Source: a virus. From it: a stretch of 64,000 bases of DNA. The first letter of the stretch is position 1. Each line of letters opens with the position of its first letter. The notes under the pieces were generated by a model. The model was not told where the DNA came from. It did no database searches and saw only the letters and a list, made by a program, of their open reading frames with translations. Made by a program: the position numbers and the translations under genes. This document shows, piece by piece, positions 54,801 through 64,000 of this stretch. The DNA lies in the IMG/VR virus record IMGVR_UViG_3300017991_000051, positions 32,001-96,000 of that record; one strand, 5' to 3'.

Positions 54801-55626
54801 TTGCGGTGTAATCGTAGATCCGGAATGGCATTGTCGTGCTAACCGTCGTCACGACCTGAGTGTACATGTTCCACGGCGCCTGCACGGTACCGGAGCCCAT
54901 CTCGTACCAGAATTTAGCCACGCGCTGCGTATACATTGTCGCAGTCGGCTGGAACGCTTTCATCTGGTCGGTATCAGTGTAGTAATCCTCAGGGTAGGTA
55001 TTGTCGCCGCGGTAAAAACGGGGGTGGAATACGTTGCTCGCCAGCCCCTGTTCGACAGAGGCGTAGTAGGGGAACATAGACGGCCCCTCGATGTCGTACA
55101 GCCAGTTGGTGACGTACTCACCGCCCGTACGCACCAGCTCGCGGCGGATAACTGACGTAACCATACCGTCCGGGTTGCCCGGCGTTGGGTTCGGTATAAC
55201 GGCCACGACCTCGTTGGTCGTCCACGTCCAGTTTGTGTAGACGGTCTCCACCCCAATTACGGATACGACCACCGTATTGGTTATGGGATAATACAGATTT
55301 TCAGAATAGTACGTCGGGTTGCGTACCACCAGATTGAGCTGGTCCCAGTTCGTTACACCGACCGGCCAGTTGTAGAACGTCTCGTAACGGGGGAGGTTAC
55401 CGTCAACTGTTCGGTAGATGGGGAAAGCAATGCCGGAAGAGAATTCCGTCTCCGCCGCACGTTCGTAAGCGGCGAAGAAGAGGTTGCTCATGTATACGGC
55501 GTAGTTATCCTGCGGCACGCCCGTCAGGTCCTCCAACGGCCAGTCTGGGCTCCAGCCGCCTGCGTACACGAAAACCGACACGAGCAGGCACAACAGGATT
55601 GCGATGATAATTCGTCGAACGATCAT
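51874..55626 (-). CDS. large Thr/Tyr-rich protein with an N-terminal signal peptide
   Basis: 1250 aa; MIVRRIIIAILLCLLVSVFVYA. Confidence 0.75.
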   Translation of the reverse strand: MIVRRIIIAILLCLLVSVFVYAGGWSPDWPLEDLTGVPQDNYAVYMSNLFFAAYERAAETEFSSGIAFPIYRTVDGNLPRYETFYNWPVGVTNWDQLNLVVRNPTYYSENLYYPITNTVVVSVIGVETVYTNWTWTTNEVVAVIPNPTPGNPDGMVTSVIRRELVRTGGEYVTNWLYDIEGPSMFPYYASVEQGLASNVFHPRFYRGDNTYPEDYYTDTDQMKAFQPTATMYTQRVAKFWYEMGSGTVQAPWNMYTQVVTTVSTTMPFRIYDYTAKQFTNVDVAVTYTNYTTEQIPAVYEGRGPMSILASNITTRVYARDDYVVWTNTYKKLIADPRYGTPTPFRGMPPTELLGTLLPTIAIMMEYYLDTTYADPDGTFDTWYDTEESYVWTDIGGTPQWVEMTNGDRYIPSGAGAYEIVKEVPTWTPEKIYSLTGAGTNLGWQIVEIDNTVYPGRSGWGYVQHVGPFDVLLGEGWEFGQPYEEFVYAENVNIWTSQVSKGGINIHPERDVDLFLGEYAMQPIYEQTLVPYGFSDVFWFEETNGVVTVVTGQQWIAAINGQSFTPQDPLTMSSTQPRYYRNAASNAFFVQMRRDDSLDYNAKDTWVLVNDFDIAEQIRDDWETLLGSDYTEAIKRLHRMGFPTRVEEYKIGRPSCGPSGYYYPGGVLRPSDYAMELYYVRRGQTIQWGEGQFGDWDSAPYRLDFLTWDTLTNWPGVEVDVVAPSPNTTTIPPMPFDIRSRTIYVDDLGALKGGGDDIAYTTLVYTATAPGTNTWIPMLAVEESPSTRKTTSVWTAEEVWVTPLASVTDTYYVASIGHSVTNDGRIAINPRLVQTNDVLTVDQSKGAGGTRILFSVTNRFAMYQDFNWTPPFPPVSYAINQTFFDGMYRLLNKMTCIRTAESSEGRWLSDYKAPSHLGNATFYDFWSFTNSWWKWEHKAGNTYQGGPVGSSSRDLTEGTVFRRRNRRPYWSVGGYYDQNQPLGRKVEWYGAGIVEGRGVRNSKLFGIPDPATGDLIPKVLKDPPASSDQGIIRTSWMHTGMSRGGWWPAGDWPSGFVRDRRPRVGYWAMTGNVEVVRSTVGTDSDVDIYTFVDYRPGKYTSFPLYPKSIGEELGFDVGETNFVFVLPVPLTGGRVRYIDDILTMYVTNTTFKPLHASFDNTMFRHRRNTFIDAGGQRYITNSYDYAQMKLSPGGVSWHDNWLGPFSRTDTYTDANAHMEHEMHQAYYQMRPYLYVFEHTEIILRPNFVYYE

Positions 55627-55633
55627 ACCACAA

Positions 55634-57319
55634 CTACGGTACTGTAATCGTCGGCCGAACGGCGTACAGGTAAACCTCGTCGTCGAGTGCCGTCAACACC
55701 GTCCCGTCCCATGACAGCTTCAGGAACAGTACCTCCTCCGCACTGAGTTCAATTTCCTCGCTCCGAATCATGAAATACGTATTCGTCGGGATAGCCGTGA
55801 CGTCCGCCGGCCCCGTAGACCAATCGAACGCCAGCTCCGATGTCGCAACCTCCGACAGCAACTTCGTCAGCCCCGTCGTGGGCCTCGACATGCGCGAGAG
55901 CGTCATCGTGAAGCCACCAACGATATCCAGAATCGTTGCGGCTGTCAAGGTCGGACTCCCGCTCAGCACCAGCTCGAACCGGAGCATGGACCGCCGTCCC
56001 GCCGGCGTCGAGAAGTCACGTGCCGACGCACGGTAGATGACGTCGTTGGCACCGGCTGCACTGGAAGAGGAGGATGAGCTACCGGACGCGAAGAACCGAA
56101 GGTACCGCATGGCCGTCTCCGAGAACGTACCGGATTCGATGTTGCTCCCCACCTCCAACGGTGTAAGGTCCGGCAACGCACCGATCTCCAGATCGATATG
56201 ATTCGATAACGCCATCAGCGTCGTACCATGTATCACCTTCGTGAACCACACCTCGATCCGCACCGGCCAGTCCGGATAAGGTGCCTCGGACGAGGGAGAG
56301 GACTCGGCGCTTGCCGAACTCTCACACGGGTAGTTGACGGACCACGGGGCCTTCCCGTAGTTGTCGTCCATCCACCAGATACCGTCATTGTTCACGATCA
56401 CGAGGTCGCCAACTTCTCCCACGCCGTCAACTTCCACGTACACCTGATCGATCGGCATCGGCGGCCACAACGGTGCGAGGCTCTCATCCGCGGGGATATT
56501 GTACCCGAACTTGGCTCCCTCTGGGATATCCATACCGTCGAAGGCTGGGCTGTCCGCCGGCAACCAGCCGATCGCGTCCGTGTTCGGGCTCACGATCGTA
56601 TGTGTGATACCTGGGTAAGGCCCCTCGGGCTCCATCTCCCCCCACATGAAGGCAAACTTCGTAGGCACGCAGTTGACGCCGCCTGCCGGCTGATCCGCCA
56701 GCACCACATGATAATGTCCGTGGCTCTCCAGTAACGCCCGCTGGTCGGGGTTCACAATCACGTGGTATCCGTCGTCCTGCAGGCTCGACAGGCATACCCT
56801 GACGGGCGCTACCGTCCGCAGGGACGTCATCTGCCCCGCGTAGAACGGCGACAGGTACTGGATACCGTCAATGTAATCGCCGGCGATCACGTCCGCGAAT
56901 TCGTCGCCGAATACGGCCTCGCCCTGGATGATGACCGTGCCGGTCGTGTAATAGATCCCGCCGGAGATAAACCCAGAGGCGGTATCGCTCTTCTGCAACA
57001 CGAGTCCGCCGACGTACGCCTTCGACGTCAGCTGGTACAGCGTACTGTTCGGCGCGCTCGACAGTTCTGCCAGCGCCGGATACCACAAGCCATTCGAGGC
57101 GAGATAGACGGGAGACGCCAAGTCCGTGCCCACGAGGATACGCTGTTCCGTCAGGATCAGGGACTTGCCCGTCGTCAGGTTATCAACGAGGTTCTTCAGG
57201 TAGAGAAGGTTGTTCCACAGGTCGTCCGGCGGTCGGTTCGCGACCGCGCTCTCAACGTTCTCCCCGTTCCGTATCTGGCGATAGCTCGTCCGCCATGTCA
57301 GTGTTTCACTGCCTGCCAT
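55634..57319 (-). CDS. putative tail/baseplate structural protein
   Basis: IRNGENVESAVANRP N-terminus of tail-fibre-type proteins; lies in the baseplate cluster. Confidence 0.6.
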   Translation of the reverse strand: MAGSETLTWRTSYRQIRNGENVESAVANRPPDDLWNNLLYLKNLVDNLTTGKSLILTEQRILVGTDLASPVYLASNGLWYPALAELSSAPNSTLYQLTSKAYVGGLVLQKSDTASGFISGGIYYTTGTVIIQGEAVFGDEFADVIAGDYIDGIQYLSPFYAGQMTSLRTVAPVRVCLSSLQDDGYHVIVNPDQRALLESHGHYHVVLADQPAGGVNCVPTKFAFMWGEMEPEGPYPGITHTIVSPNTDAIGWLPADSPAFDGMDIPEGAKFGYNIPADESLAPLWPPMPIDQVYVEVDGVGEVGDLVIVNNDGIWWMDDNYGKAPWSVNYPCESSASAESSPSSEAPYPDWPVRIEVWFTKVIHGTTLMALSNHIDLEIGALPDLTPLEVGSNIESGTFSETAMRYLRFFASGSSSSSSSAAGANDVIYRASARDFSTPAGRRSMLRFELVLSGSPTLTAATILDIVGGFTMTLSRMSRPTTGLTKLLSEVATSELAFDWSTGPADVTAIPTNTYFMIRSEEIELSAEEVLFLKLSWDGTVLTALDDEVYLYAVRPTITVP

Positions 57320-57346
57320 GATATTTCCTCCATATGCAGCCGTAAG

Positions 57347-57370
57347 ATTCTGTAACGCAATACAAACTCT
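57347..57370 (-). promoter_or_regulatory. palindromic motif, copy 3
   Basis: ATTCTGTA-ACGCAA-TACAAACTCT. Confidence 0.55.
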
Positions 57371-57371
57371 A

Positions 57372-57875
57372 TTAGCTGCTGGACAGCATCGACTCCCCGA
57401 ATGTATGGGGCCATACGATGCTGATCTCTTCATTCACCAACTTCAGTTTAGCCGTAAAGTCCGCGGGGGCGTAGCTCCTGCTGAACACGATATCCTGCGT
57501 CGGGTCGTCCGGATCCGGAGCCGCTACCAACGCCACCCCGTATACCACGCTCTGTGCTGCCGCGGAGAACGCATGGCCGCCGCGTCCGATGGTGTACCCG
57601 CCGCTCAAGGCCACAAACTGAACCCTGTTCGTCGAGAACTTCGTCGGGTCCGAGGACTCCAACGTAGGATCCGCCGTAAGCGGTACCCGAATGTAGTCAC
57701 GATCGGACAGTCCGGTATCCAACGCCGCGTAGTAGGAACGCCCTTCCGATGGATCCGGCGTTACTACGGGTGCCGGCAGCCCCCCGTTCCGGAACTCCAT
57801 GTACATGGTGTTGATCTCGTAGTCTTCCCCTGCAAGGAGTTTACCCAGCAAATCGATTCCGTCGTAGATGATCAT
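57372..57875 (-). CDS. putative baseplate/tail structural protein
   Basis: 167 aa in the baseplate cluster. Confidence 0.6.
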   Translation of the reverse strand: MIIYDGIDLLGKLLAGEDYEINTMYMEFRNGGLPAPVVTPDPSEGRSYYAALDTGLSDRDYIRVPLTADPTLESSDPTKFSTNRVQFVALSGGYTIGRGGHAFSAAAQSVVYGVALVAAPDPDDPTQDIVFSRSYAPADFTAKLKLVNEEISIVWPHTFGESMLSSS

Positions 57876-57893
57876 TGTATCCTATTCCTCCTG

Positions 57894-60557
57894 TTAACCA
57901 ACGACCGCGCCCTCAATGGCGTCGACCGCAACTTGTTCTGTCAATGAGACACCGATAGTCTCCTCGAAGTCAGGCCCCGCACCGAGTCTCACTTCCTCGG
58001 TCAGAGGTGTTGTGATCAGGTTATCATCAACGATGATCTCCGTGAAGACGATATACGTCATGGGCGCGGGAAGCGCTTTCCGCAACTCTTCCATCATCTC
58101 CATGCCCAATGCGTTGTCACCCTCCAGACCAGCCTTCATGGTGACAATCAGAAGATTATAGCTGAGAATGCTTCGGAGTACAAACAACATCGGGTTGATC
58201 TTCTCCGGCAGATTGGCAGCCGTTGGGTCCCAACGAGCATCCGGATTCGCATGGTCGCTCCAGTCCAACAAGCGTTTGAAGGACGATCGCTGGTCCAGAT
58301 AGTTGGCGAGGGTGTACCACTGATCGAGGCCACGCTCGTGCACGTAGTCCCAGAACAGCTCGACGTCCCCCGGATAACCCCCAACCTCGAAGCGTACGAC
58401 CGCACGGCCTTCCTCCTCCCCCACGTACTCCACGTCCACGAGCTTGTTGGGGAAGTAGAGTGATCCGCTGTAGCCCTCGCCGCCCAACAGGCCTGGGCTC
58501 AGGCTGATACCGTCGATACCCACAGGCTGCAACAGGTGTCCGGGGATGGGCACCAACGGCGGCCGGTTTTCAATGATGGCCGTGAACTTAACATTGCTGA
58601 GGATCCAGCACGGCGTTGGATAGGTAACAAACTTCTGAACCTCCCACGGAGTAGTCCCCGGCGGTGTCACCAAGCTGCCAGGCGCTGGGTAACCGAACTC
58701 CGCCTGGAACTCCGCTTCCGTGAACGGACCACCCTTGAATATGGGGTAGGTTCCGGGCGTCGATTCCGGCTCCCACTCCTGCGTTTCCGCGTTGAAGCGA
58801 GGTTCCGTCCGAATCTGATCCACGGCCATGGGGTCAACCGCGCACCATTTGGTTTCCGGCAGACCGTTGACGCGGAAGAAGATCTGGCCCCTGTCACCGA
58901 ACTCGTCCACCGTGAACTCAAAATGATAGGCGGCATTGACCTCACTGTTCGCCCCGAAAGCACGCCAGCGGATGCCGTCATTCAGCTCGCTGACTGCCGC
59001 GCCGGTATGCCGCGGGTTGTTCCCCCCGATCTCGTCTGGATAGGCCTGCGTTGCGCCAGCCACGTTGCTGAAGTTAGTCCGGAACAGGACTTGCTCCTCC
59101 ACCCTCCCCGGCTCGAAGTGGACGATCTCGAAGACGATATTGTCCTCGTTACCCCGCCAGTCCCCGACGATAATGAGATCGAACTCTATCTTCAACCCGA
59201 GACTCAGTGTGACATGCTGCTCCTCGAACGAAGCTGGTATGTCGTCCTCACCAACGAGTGTGTAGGATCCAACCCCGATGAGCCCCTTCGCACCCGTGTT
59301 ACCGTAGCACGCATACGACAGATCCAACGGGTTGGAGATGCTGAATAGGTAGTTACGCGGGTTATCGTAATCGAATGTCCCGTCCGCGAAGTAGTCGCTC
59401 CATGGCCGGCCATCAAGGTAAAGCGGTTTGATGGTATTTCTCAACTGGTACTCTGTGGTGACCGATGGCCTATAGTTCGGATCAACACCCTTCGTGGGCC
59501 CGTCCTCGGTACGTGTTATGTACGGTTTGGAGTTGATATCCGGATATGCCGACGGCTGCAGATTACCGTCGCCATCCACGAAGTATTCGGTGATCCCGTC
59601 CGGCACGTTCTTCGGGTCGATGACGTCGAAGGTATCGACCAGCCGATCATCGCGGTTGACCGTATCGCCTACGGCAACTATCGGCGTCGAGTTGAGATGA
59701 TAGGTGTACACGTTCTGATCCGTCACAATCTGCAGTTTACGGCCCTCGAGGATCGCCTCCACGGTCTCCGTCCCGCGTGCGACAGGAACATCCATTACGG
59801 CGGCGATCGTGCGCTGGAGACCATTCTGGAACGATGTGCGGGTATGCATGTCCCAGATGGCGTTGACGTAGTCGCGGTAGGGCTCACTCGAATCCGCCTT
59901 CGTCCCCAACACGTACCCGAAGTGGTTCCATATGTACTCGTAGTCCACGCTGCAAGAGAAAGCCCAGAGCAATGCCTCGTAGTCCTGCTCACCGTCGGAG
60001 TTGATAATGGAGCGGACGGCGATCCGCTCATCGTTGAATACGTCGATTGTGAAGAATATGATCCCCTGCTCAACATCCACGCCGAAGTCCACACCCTCCA
60101 CGAGCACCAAGCTCGGGTTCGTCAGCCGGTTGCAGATCAACTTGATATGCTTCACATCCGTCGGGAGCGGGAACGCATAGTTGTTATCATCGATCAGGGA
60201 GTCACCGTACTGGAATATCTGGTTGTACGGCGGGTTGAGTGCCTCCTCCCCGTACAGTGCGCGCCGCGGCCCGTACTGGAGGGGCACCGCCGCCATGTCG
60301 CTGGTAACGCCTTGCTGCAGGTAGAGAGGCTTCCACAGCTCCGTATGATATACCGGCACCGTGAATCGGGAGACGACGTCACGCATCTCGTTCGCATCCT
60401 GCGTGGCCTGCTCGAAGAGCATCGCCCGCCCTTGGAACAACCCGTCGACAACCGCTCGATCGTTGAATCGTTCGGACCAGAACGACCCGAGTGTGGCCGT
60501 CATCTGCGCCGGCTGATCCAGATCACCGCGAGGAAATACTGGAAGCACTGTACTCAT
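57894..60557 (-). CDS. putative baseplate wedge protein
   Basis: 887 aa directly downstream of the baseplate J-like gene. Confidence 0.6.
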   Translation of the reverse strand: MSTVLPVFPRGDLDQPAQMTATLGSFWSERFNDRAVVDGLFQGRAMLFEQATQDANEMRDVVSRFTVPVYHTELWKPLYLQQGVTSDMAAVPLQYGPRRALYGEEALNPPYNQIFQYGDSLIDDNNYAFPLPTDVKHIKLICNRLTNPSLVLVEGVDFGVDVEQGIIFFTIDVFNDERIAVRSIINSDGEQDYEALLWAFSCSVDYEYIWNHFGYVLGTKADSSEPYRDYVNAIWDMHTRTSFQNGLQRTIAAVMDVPVARGTETVEAILEGRKLQIVTDQNVYTYHLNSTPIVAVGDTVNRDDRLVDTFDVIDPKNVPDGITEYFVDGDGNLQPSAYPDINSKPYITRTEDGPTKGVDPNYRPSVTTEYQLRNTIKPLYLDGRPWSDYFADGTFDYDNPRNYLFSISNPLDLSYACYGNTGAKGLIGVGSYTLVGEDDIPASFEEQHVTLSLGLKIEFDLIIVGDWRGNEDNIVFEIVHFEPGRVEEQVLFRTNFSNVAGATQAYPDEIGGNNPRHTGAAVSELNDGIRWRAFGANSEVNAAYHFEFTVDEFGDRGQIFFRVNGLPETKWCAVDPMAVDQIRTEPRFNAETQEWEPESTPGTYPIFKGGPFTEAEFQAEFGYPAPGSLVTPPGTTPWEVQKFVTYPTPCWILSNVKFTAIIENRPPLVPIPGHLLQPVGIDGISLSPGLLGGEGYSGSLYFPNKLVDVEYVGEEEGRAVVRFEVGGYPGDVELFWDYVHERGLDQWYTLANYLDQRSSFKRLLDWSDHANPDARWDPTAANLPEKINPMLFVLRSILSYNLLIVTMKAGLEGDNALGMEMMEELRKALPAPMTYIVFTEIIVDDNLITTPLTEEVRLGAGPDFEETIGVSLTEQVAVDAIEGAVVG

Positions 60558-60570
60558 AAGTCACTCTTCC

Positions 60571-62364
60571 TTATACGTTTATAGTCGAAACCGGTGTCAG
60601 CGTCAGAAAGATGTCGTCGGTCGAGAGATAGTACGCAACCGTCCGTCGCGACACGCTGAGCGATGGATCATCCGTAATCACCAGCTCGGACTGGCTCTCC
60701 AAACTCTCCGTGGTGCCGTCCGGCTTGAGTACCGAGCCCCGCATCGTCAGCGGCAGTACAGCGTACCCGTTGTTGCCCAGCAGATCCGCCACCGCGTCCA
60801 CGATGGTTGCCGCCGGCAACGACGGTGCCGTAAACCTCACCGCGTTCACCGCGTTGGCAATAGCGGTCTTGACCGACGTCTCAGTCGGTGCCGTCTGTGT
60901 CGCTGGGTACGCCACCTCGACATCGATCGATACGAAACACGGGATCGCCGCGCGCACCAAGTAGTCGGCGGCCGGCGATCGACGCGACCGCGAGTTCACA
61001 AAGTTCTGGATGTCGACGATGCTAGGAATGTAGCTCATGTAGAGGTCATAGAAGCGGTAGCCGTTCGTCAGGTAGGTGTCGATCGTAACATCGCCCTCAC
61101 TGACCGGAATAGCGGTCAGGACGCCGTCAATGTACACGCTGACGGTATCGAGGCCGCGCACTGCCGCAAGTATACGCTCACGATGATCAGGCTGAGACTC
61201 CGCATCCTGCACGTTGACCGTCGCGCTCCCTTGGTAGGCGCTGAACGTCGCTTCCGACGGCTCGTTGATCGTCGGCTCGAACTCCGCGTCCGGCGGGCTA
61301 TAGATTCCCCGCTCGCCCGTCTCCAGCAGCGTCAGGTTGATCGTGGTCTCCGACGCGGGATCCATCGGCGCCGCGCGTTCGAAGCGGTAGAACGCCGGCA
61401 ACACCGTCGGCGAGATTGAGAACTGGGTGGTCACATCCATCGAACTGTAGGGAATTGTCGCCTCCGCATCCCGCACGGACATCGGCAGCGCGGCCACGGA
61501 TATCTTCGTCGTGTAGGGGGCGGCCGCCGTCCGCACGTAGATATCACCCTTTCCGCCGCAGCTGATCCCGAATATGTTGTTCCGGTCACGACGCATCTCC
61601 TCATCCCCGAAACCGATGATGCTCAGGTCGATAATGGACGCGAAATTCGTGCGAAGCATGGACTCGATGGATACGCGGTCGGCCGTTGCCTGCGCGGCAA
61701 TACCATCATCTAGACGGGATACCAAGTCCGCGTTGCTCTCCTCGACCGTACCCGCCTGGAAGTCGGAAACGGCGTAGGCCTCGACGAAGCCTGTTGGCTC
61801 CGGGGAGGCGGTGAATATGGCTCCTTGGTCGACGCGGCTTCCGCTGTCCACCTGCTCCACGACCGTGATGGTGAACCAGTAGTTACCATCCGGACGTTGC
61901 TGGATCGCCCGCTCGTTATCGGCAGTGATCAGGCTGGCATTGATCAACCCCACGTAATCTTGGTTGGGCACGAACGTACGGTCGTTGTTTGTAAACACCG
62001 TCGTCGCCGGCACTTGCGTGGTCGCCAGCGAGGATATAACGATCGCCATCTCGCCTGTCGCAGCGGTTGCGGCCGTGCGGGTGATAAAGTAGTTGCTCAT
62101 CAAGGAGTCAACGATATCTTCGTCGGCCAGTGTCGGATCATCATTGATCTCCTGCAGCGACATACTTCGGCGCATGGCGTCGACTTCGTCACGGTTCATC
62201 GTGTCGAACAGCGCGTTCGGGTACATCAACAGCTGTTGGAGAATACCACCTTTGCCAAGGTCCAGCTCCGGAAACAGTTCGGACAGCAACGTCGTGAGCA
62301 GTTGTTCCCGCTCCTCAACGGTAGCTTGATCCAGTTCGCTCAAATCAGTTGTATTGATGGTCAT
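60571..62364 (-). CDS. baseplate J-like protein
   Basis: SNYFITRTAATAATG, AGTVEESNADLVSR, GGKGDIYV. Confidence 0.8.
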   Translation of the reverse strand: MTINTTDLSELDQATVEEREQLLTTLLSELFPELDLGKGGILQQLLMYPNALFDTMNRDEVDAMRRSMSLQEINDDPTLADEDIVDSLMSNYFITRTAATAATGEMAIVISSLATTQVPATTVFTNNDRTFVPNQDYVGLINASLITADNERAIQQRPDGNYWFTITVVEQVDSGSRVDQGAIFTASPEPTGFVEAYAVSDFQAGTVEESNADLVSRLDDGIAAQATADRVSIESMLRTNFASIIDLSIIGFGDEEMRRDRNNIFGISCGGKGDIYVRTAAAPYTTKISVAALPMSVRDAEATIPYSSMDVTTQFSISPTVLPAFYRFERAAPMDPASETTINLTLLETGERGIYSPPDAEFEPTINEPSEATFSAYQGSATVNVQDAESQPDHRERILAAVRGLDTVSVYIDGVLTAIPVSEGDVTIDTYLTNGYRFYDLYMSYIPSIVDIQNFVNSRSRRSPAADYLVRAAIPCFVSIDVEVAYPATQTAPTETSVKTAIANAVNAVRFTAPSLPAATIVDAVADLLGNNGYAVLPLTMRGSVLKPDGTTESLESQSELVITDDPSLSVSRRTVAYYLSTDDIFLTLTPVSTINV

Positions 62365-62365
62365 C

Positions 62366-62791
62366 TTATCCCTCCACATTCTTTGTCGGCAGGACGATCG
62401 TACGCGACGTACCGTCCCGAGTTGTCAGCAGTACTTCCAATCGCAGACCCGGAGGGTCCAGTGTGAAATTGCTCAGTACGGCGGATACGAGGACCTCATC
62501 GTCCGGCTCGTCGCCCGTCAGCTGCGTTGCCATATACTGCAGCACGGCGTCCGCCGCTTCGTTGAAATAGGTCGTTACGTCCATCTCCGTGCGGACGATA
62601 CCATTCTTCAGTACAGTAATGAATTCCGTACCAAAATCAAGCTCGTATTCCTGCGTACCCACCTCCATGAGGAAGGCGAGTGCGAACTTCTGAGACACCT
62701 TCAGAGGCCCGGTAACCGCATACGTTATGTTCCCAAAGCCGGAGAGTGCCACGTTGCCCTCGAACAGCCCTATGTCGTATGTTGTGCTCAT
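62366..62791 (-). CDS. gp25-like baseplate wedge subunit
   Basis: VTGPLKVSQKF..FLMEVGT...DFGTEF; precedes baseplate J. Confidence 0.7.
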   Translation of the reverse strand: MSTTYDIGLFEGNVALSGFGNITYAVTGPLKVSQKFALAFLMEVGTQEYELDFGTEFITVLKNGIVRTEMDVTTYFNEAADAVLQYMATQLTGDEPDDEVLVSAVLSNFTLDPPGLRLEVLLTTRDGTSRTIVLPTKNVEG

Positions 62792-63240
62792 CTTGATAGA
62801 TCCAGTTGCATCAGTTCAATGTCCGCATCCGCCAGCGATTTCCGCCGGGAGAGCGCGGCTCCAATGTGCCTTATTCTCGAGCTGTACCGAAGGATCATCG
62901 CCTGCTGCATGGACGACAGGGCATCGCTCTGCCGTTTGGCACGCATAGCCACCCCCGCAGCCTCCTTCTTGTCTACAGCATCCTTGTATACCTTCCCCAC
63001 CGCCTCACGATCGAACAGCGGATAGATCGCATCGAAGTCCAGTATGTCCGGATCGTCCGTCTTCGTCACCGCGGGAATGGTGTCATCCTCGGCATCCGAT
63101 GGCGGCGCACTGTTATCCACGCCGCCGGTGGAGAATTTCTCCCAGATCCCGCCGGATTTGTTGAGCAGCTGCCCCTCGATGTAGCGGGCCATGACCCGCA
63201 GATCCGTGAGGCGCTTTAGCAGTGTGGCGTCGTTGCTCAT
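62788..63240 (-). CDS. hypothetical protein
   Basis: 150 aa. Confidence 0.7.
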   Translation of the reverse strand: MSNDATLLKRLTDLRVMARYIEGQLLNKSGGIWEKFSTGGVDNSAPPSDAEDDTIPAVTKTDDPDILDFDAIYPLFDREAVGKVYKDAVDKKEAAGVAMRAKRQSDALSSMQQAMILRYSSRIRHIGAALSRRKSLADADIELMQLDLSR

Positions 63241-63968
63241 AGTATCTCGTACTCCATACCCTCGGACACGCGGGCGGATAGCCGGCGCGCACGCTGCGTG
63301 ATAGCCGGTATGCTTATGCCCAGCTTGGTTGCCATCTGCGTCTTGCTTATCCGCGGCTGCCCGTGCATTCCGAGCGACCAGTCCAAGATCTTCTTATCGA
63401 TCGGATCCAGCTCGGCGTACAGGGCGTCTAACCACAACCGCTCCGACTCGTTGCCGCGCGTTGCCGGCACGTCACGGACACCGATGTCGCTCTCGAAAGC
63501 CTGCTCCGTCACCGTCGGTATCGCATACCGGCGGCGGATACTGTTGATCCGTCGTACTGATAGCCCTGACTTGTCCGCCAACTCCGGCGGCGTCGGCTCC
63601 CGGCCCAGCTCGTGTACAAGGTCGTGCTCTATCCGCTGCAGGGAGCGAAGGTCCAGTGCCGCCTGCTCAGGGATCGGGATCGCATGCTGCTGCTTCGGCC
63701 CGAACCGCTGGATGCGTTTCAACTCGTTGAACACGAATGTGTTAAGCTTGGCCCGCTTCGGATCATAACGGGGTAACGCTTTGATGACATGCAGTTGCGC
63801 CGTCGTCCTCATGTTCGGATCATCGGCGTACCCGTAGGTCCTCAGCGCGCTGTCAATAGTCGGACGCAGCGACGAGACCAGTGGCGTCAGCGTCCCAGGG
63901 TTTGGAGATGCCTTCCACTGCTTGTACAGCTGTGTCGGATCCGGTTGATTATCAGGATTGGGTTTCAT
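63237..63968 (-). CDS. sigma-70 family RNA polymerase sigma factor (phage)
   Basis: KALPRYDPKRAKLNTF (region 2), ELGREPTPPELA (region 3), C-terminal HTH MATKLGISIPAITQ. Confidence 0.88.
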   Translation of the reverse strand: MKPNPDNQPDPTQLYKQWKASPNPGTLTPLVSSLRPTIDSALRTYGYADDPNMRTTAQLHVIKALPRYDPKRAKLNTFVFNELKRIQRFGPKQQHAIPIPEQAALDLRSLQRIEHDLVHELGREPTPPELADKSGLSVRRINSIRRRYAIPTVTEQAFESDIGVRDVPATRGNESERLWLDALYAELDPIDKKILDWSLGMHGQPRISKTQMATKLGISIPAITQRARRLSARVSEGMEYEIL

Positions 63969-64000
63969 CTGTATCCACGTTCTCAATCGTTGGCGCCGCA

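Noticed and set aside
12751-63768. Numerous + strand ORFs antisense to backbone genes (e.g. 18632-19363, 32974-33936, 50991-51908)
   Set aside because: These are shadow ORFs expected in GC-rich coding DNA. They lack an SD and protein motifs, and the opposite strand carries recognisable genes.
1-64000. An integron integrase or attI in the window
   Set aside because: No ORF shows tyrosine-recombinase R-H-x-x-R-H-Y motifs. One could lie outside the window.

Overview
This 64 kb window looks like part of a large tailed (myovirus-like) phage genome, with almost all genes on the - strand. It holds a replication/recombination module (RecA/UvsX, SSB, family A DNA polymerase with an N-terminal UDG-like domain, primase, DnaB-like helicase, SF2 helicase, SbcC/SbcD), a gpA-type large terminase, baseplate genes, a sigma-70-like factor, a GT9-GT2 glycosyltransferase fusion and many small hypothetical genes. 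Two loci stand out. (1) At 26.2-27.5 kb, two stand-alone RAMP (Cas7/Cas5/Cas6-fold-like) genes flank a non-coding tract with strict 5-nt periodicity ((NN-GGC)x6 inside 11 NN-NGC units) plus a hairpin. There is no CRISPR array or cas1/cas2 in the window, so this is a candidate phage-encoded RNA-guided system. (2) At 5.1-12.0 kb lies an array of about 20 integron attC sites with no integrase in the window. Its cassettes are of two kinds: phage-type genes antisense to the attC, often starting inside the attC loop, and cassettes with near-identical attCs that carry an ORF on each strand. An atypical tRNA-like gene and repeated operator/promoter-like motifs are also present. All protein calls come from motifs recognised by eye; no database search was run.
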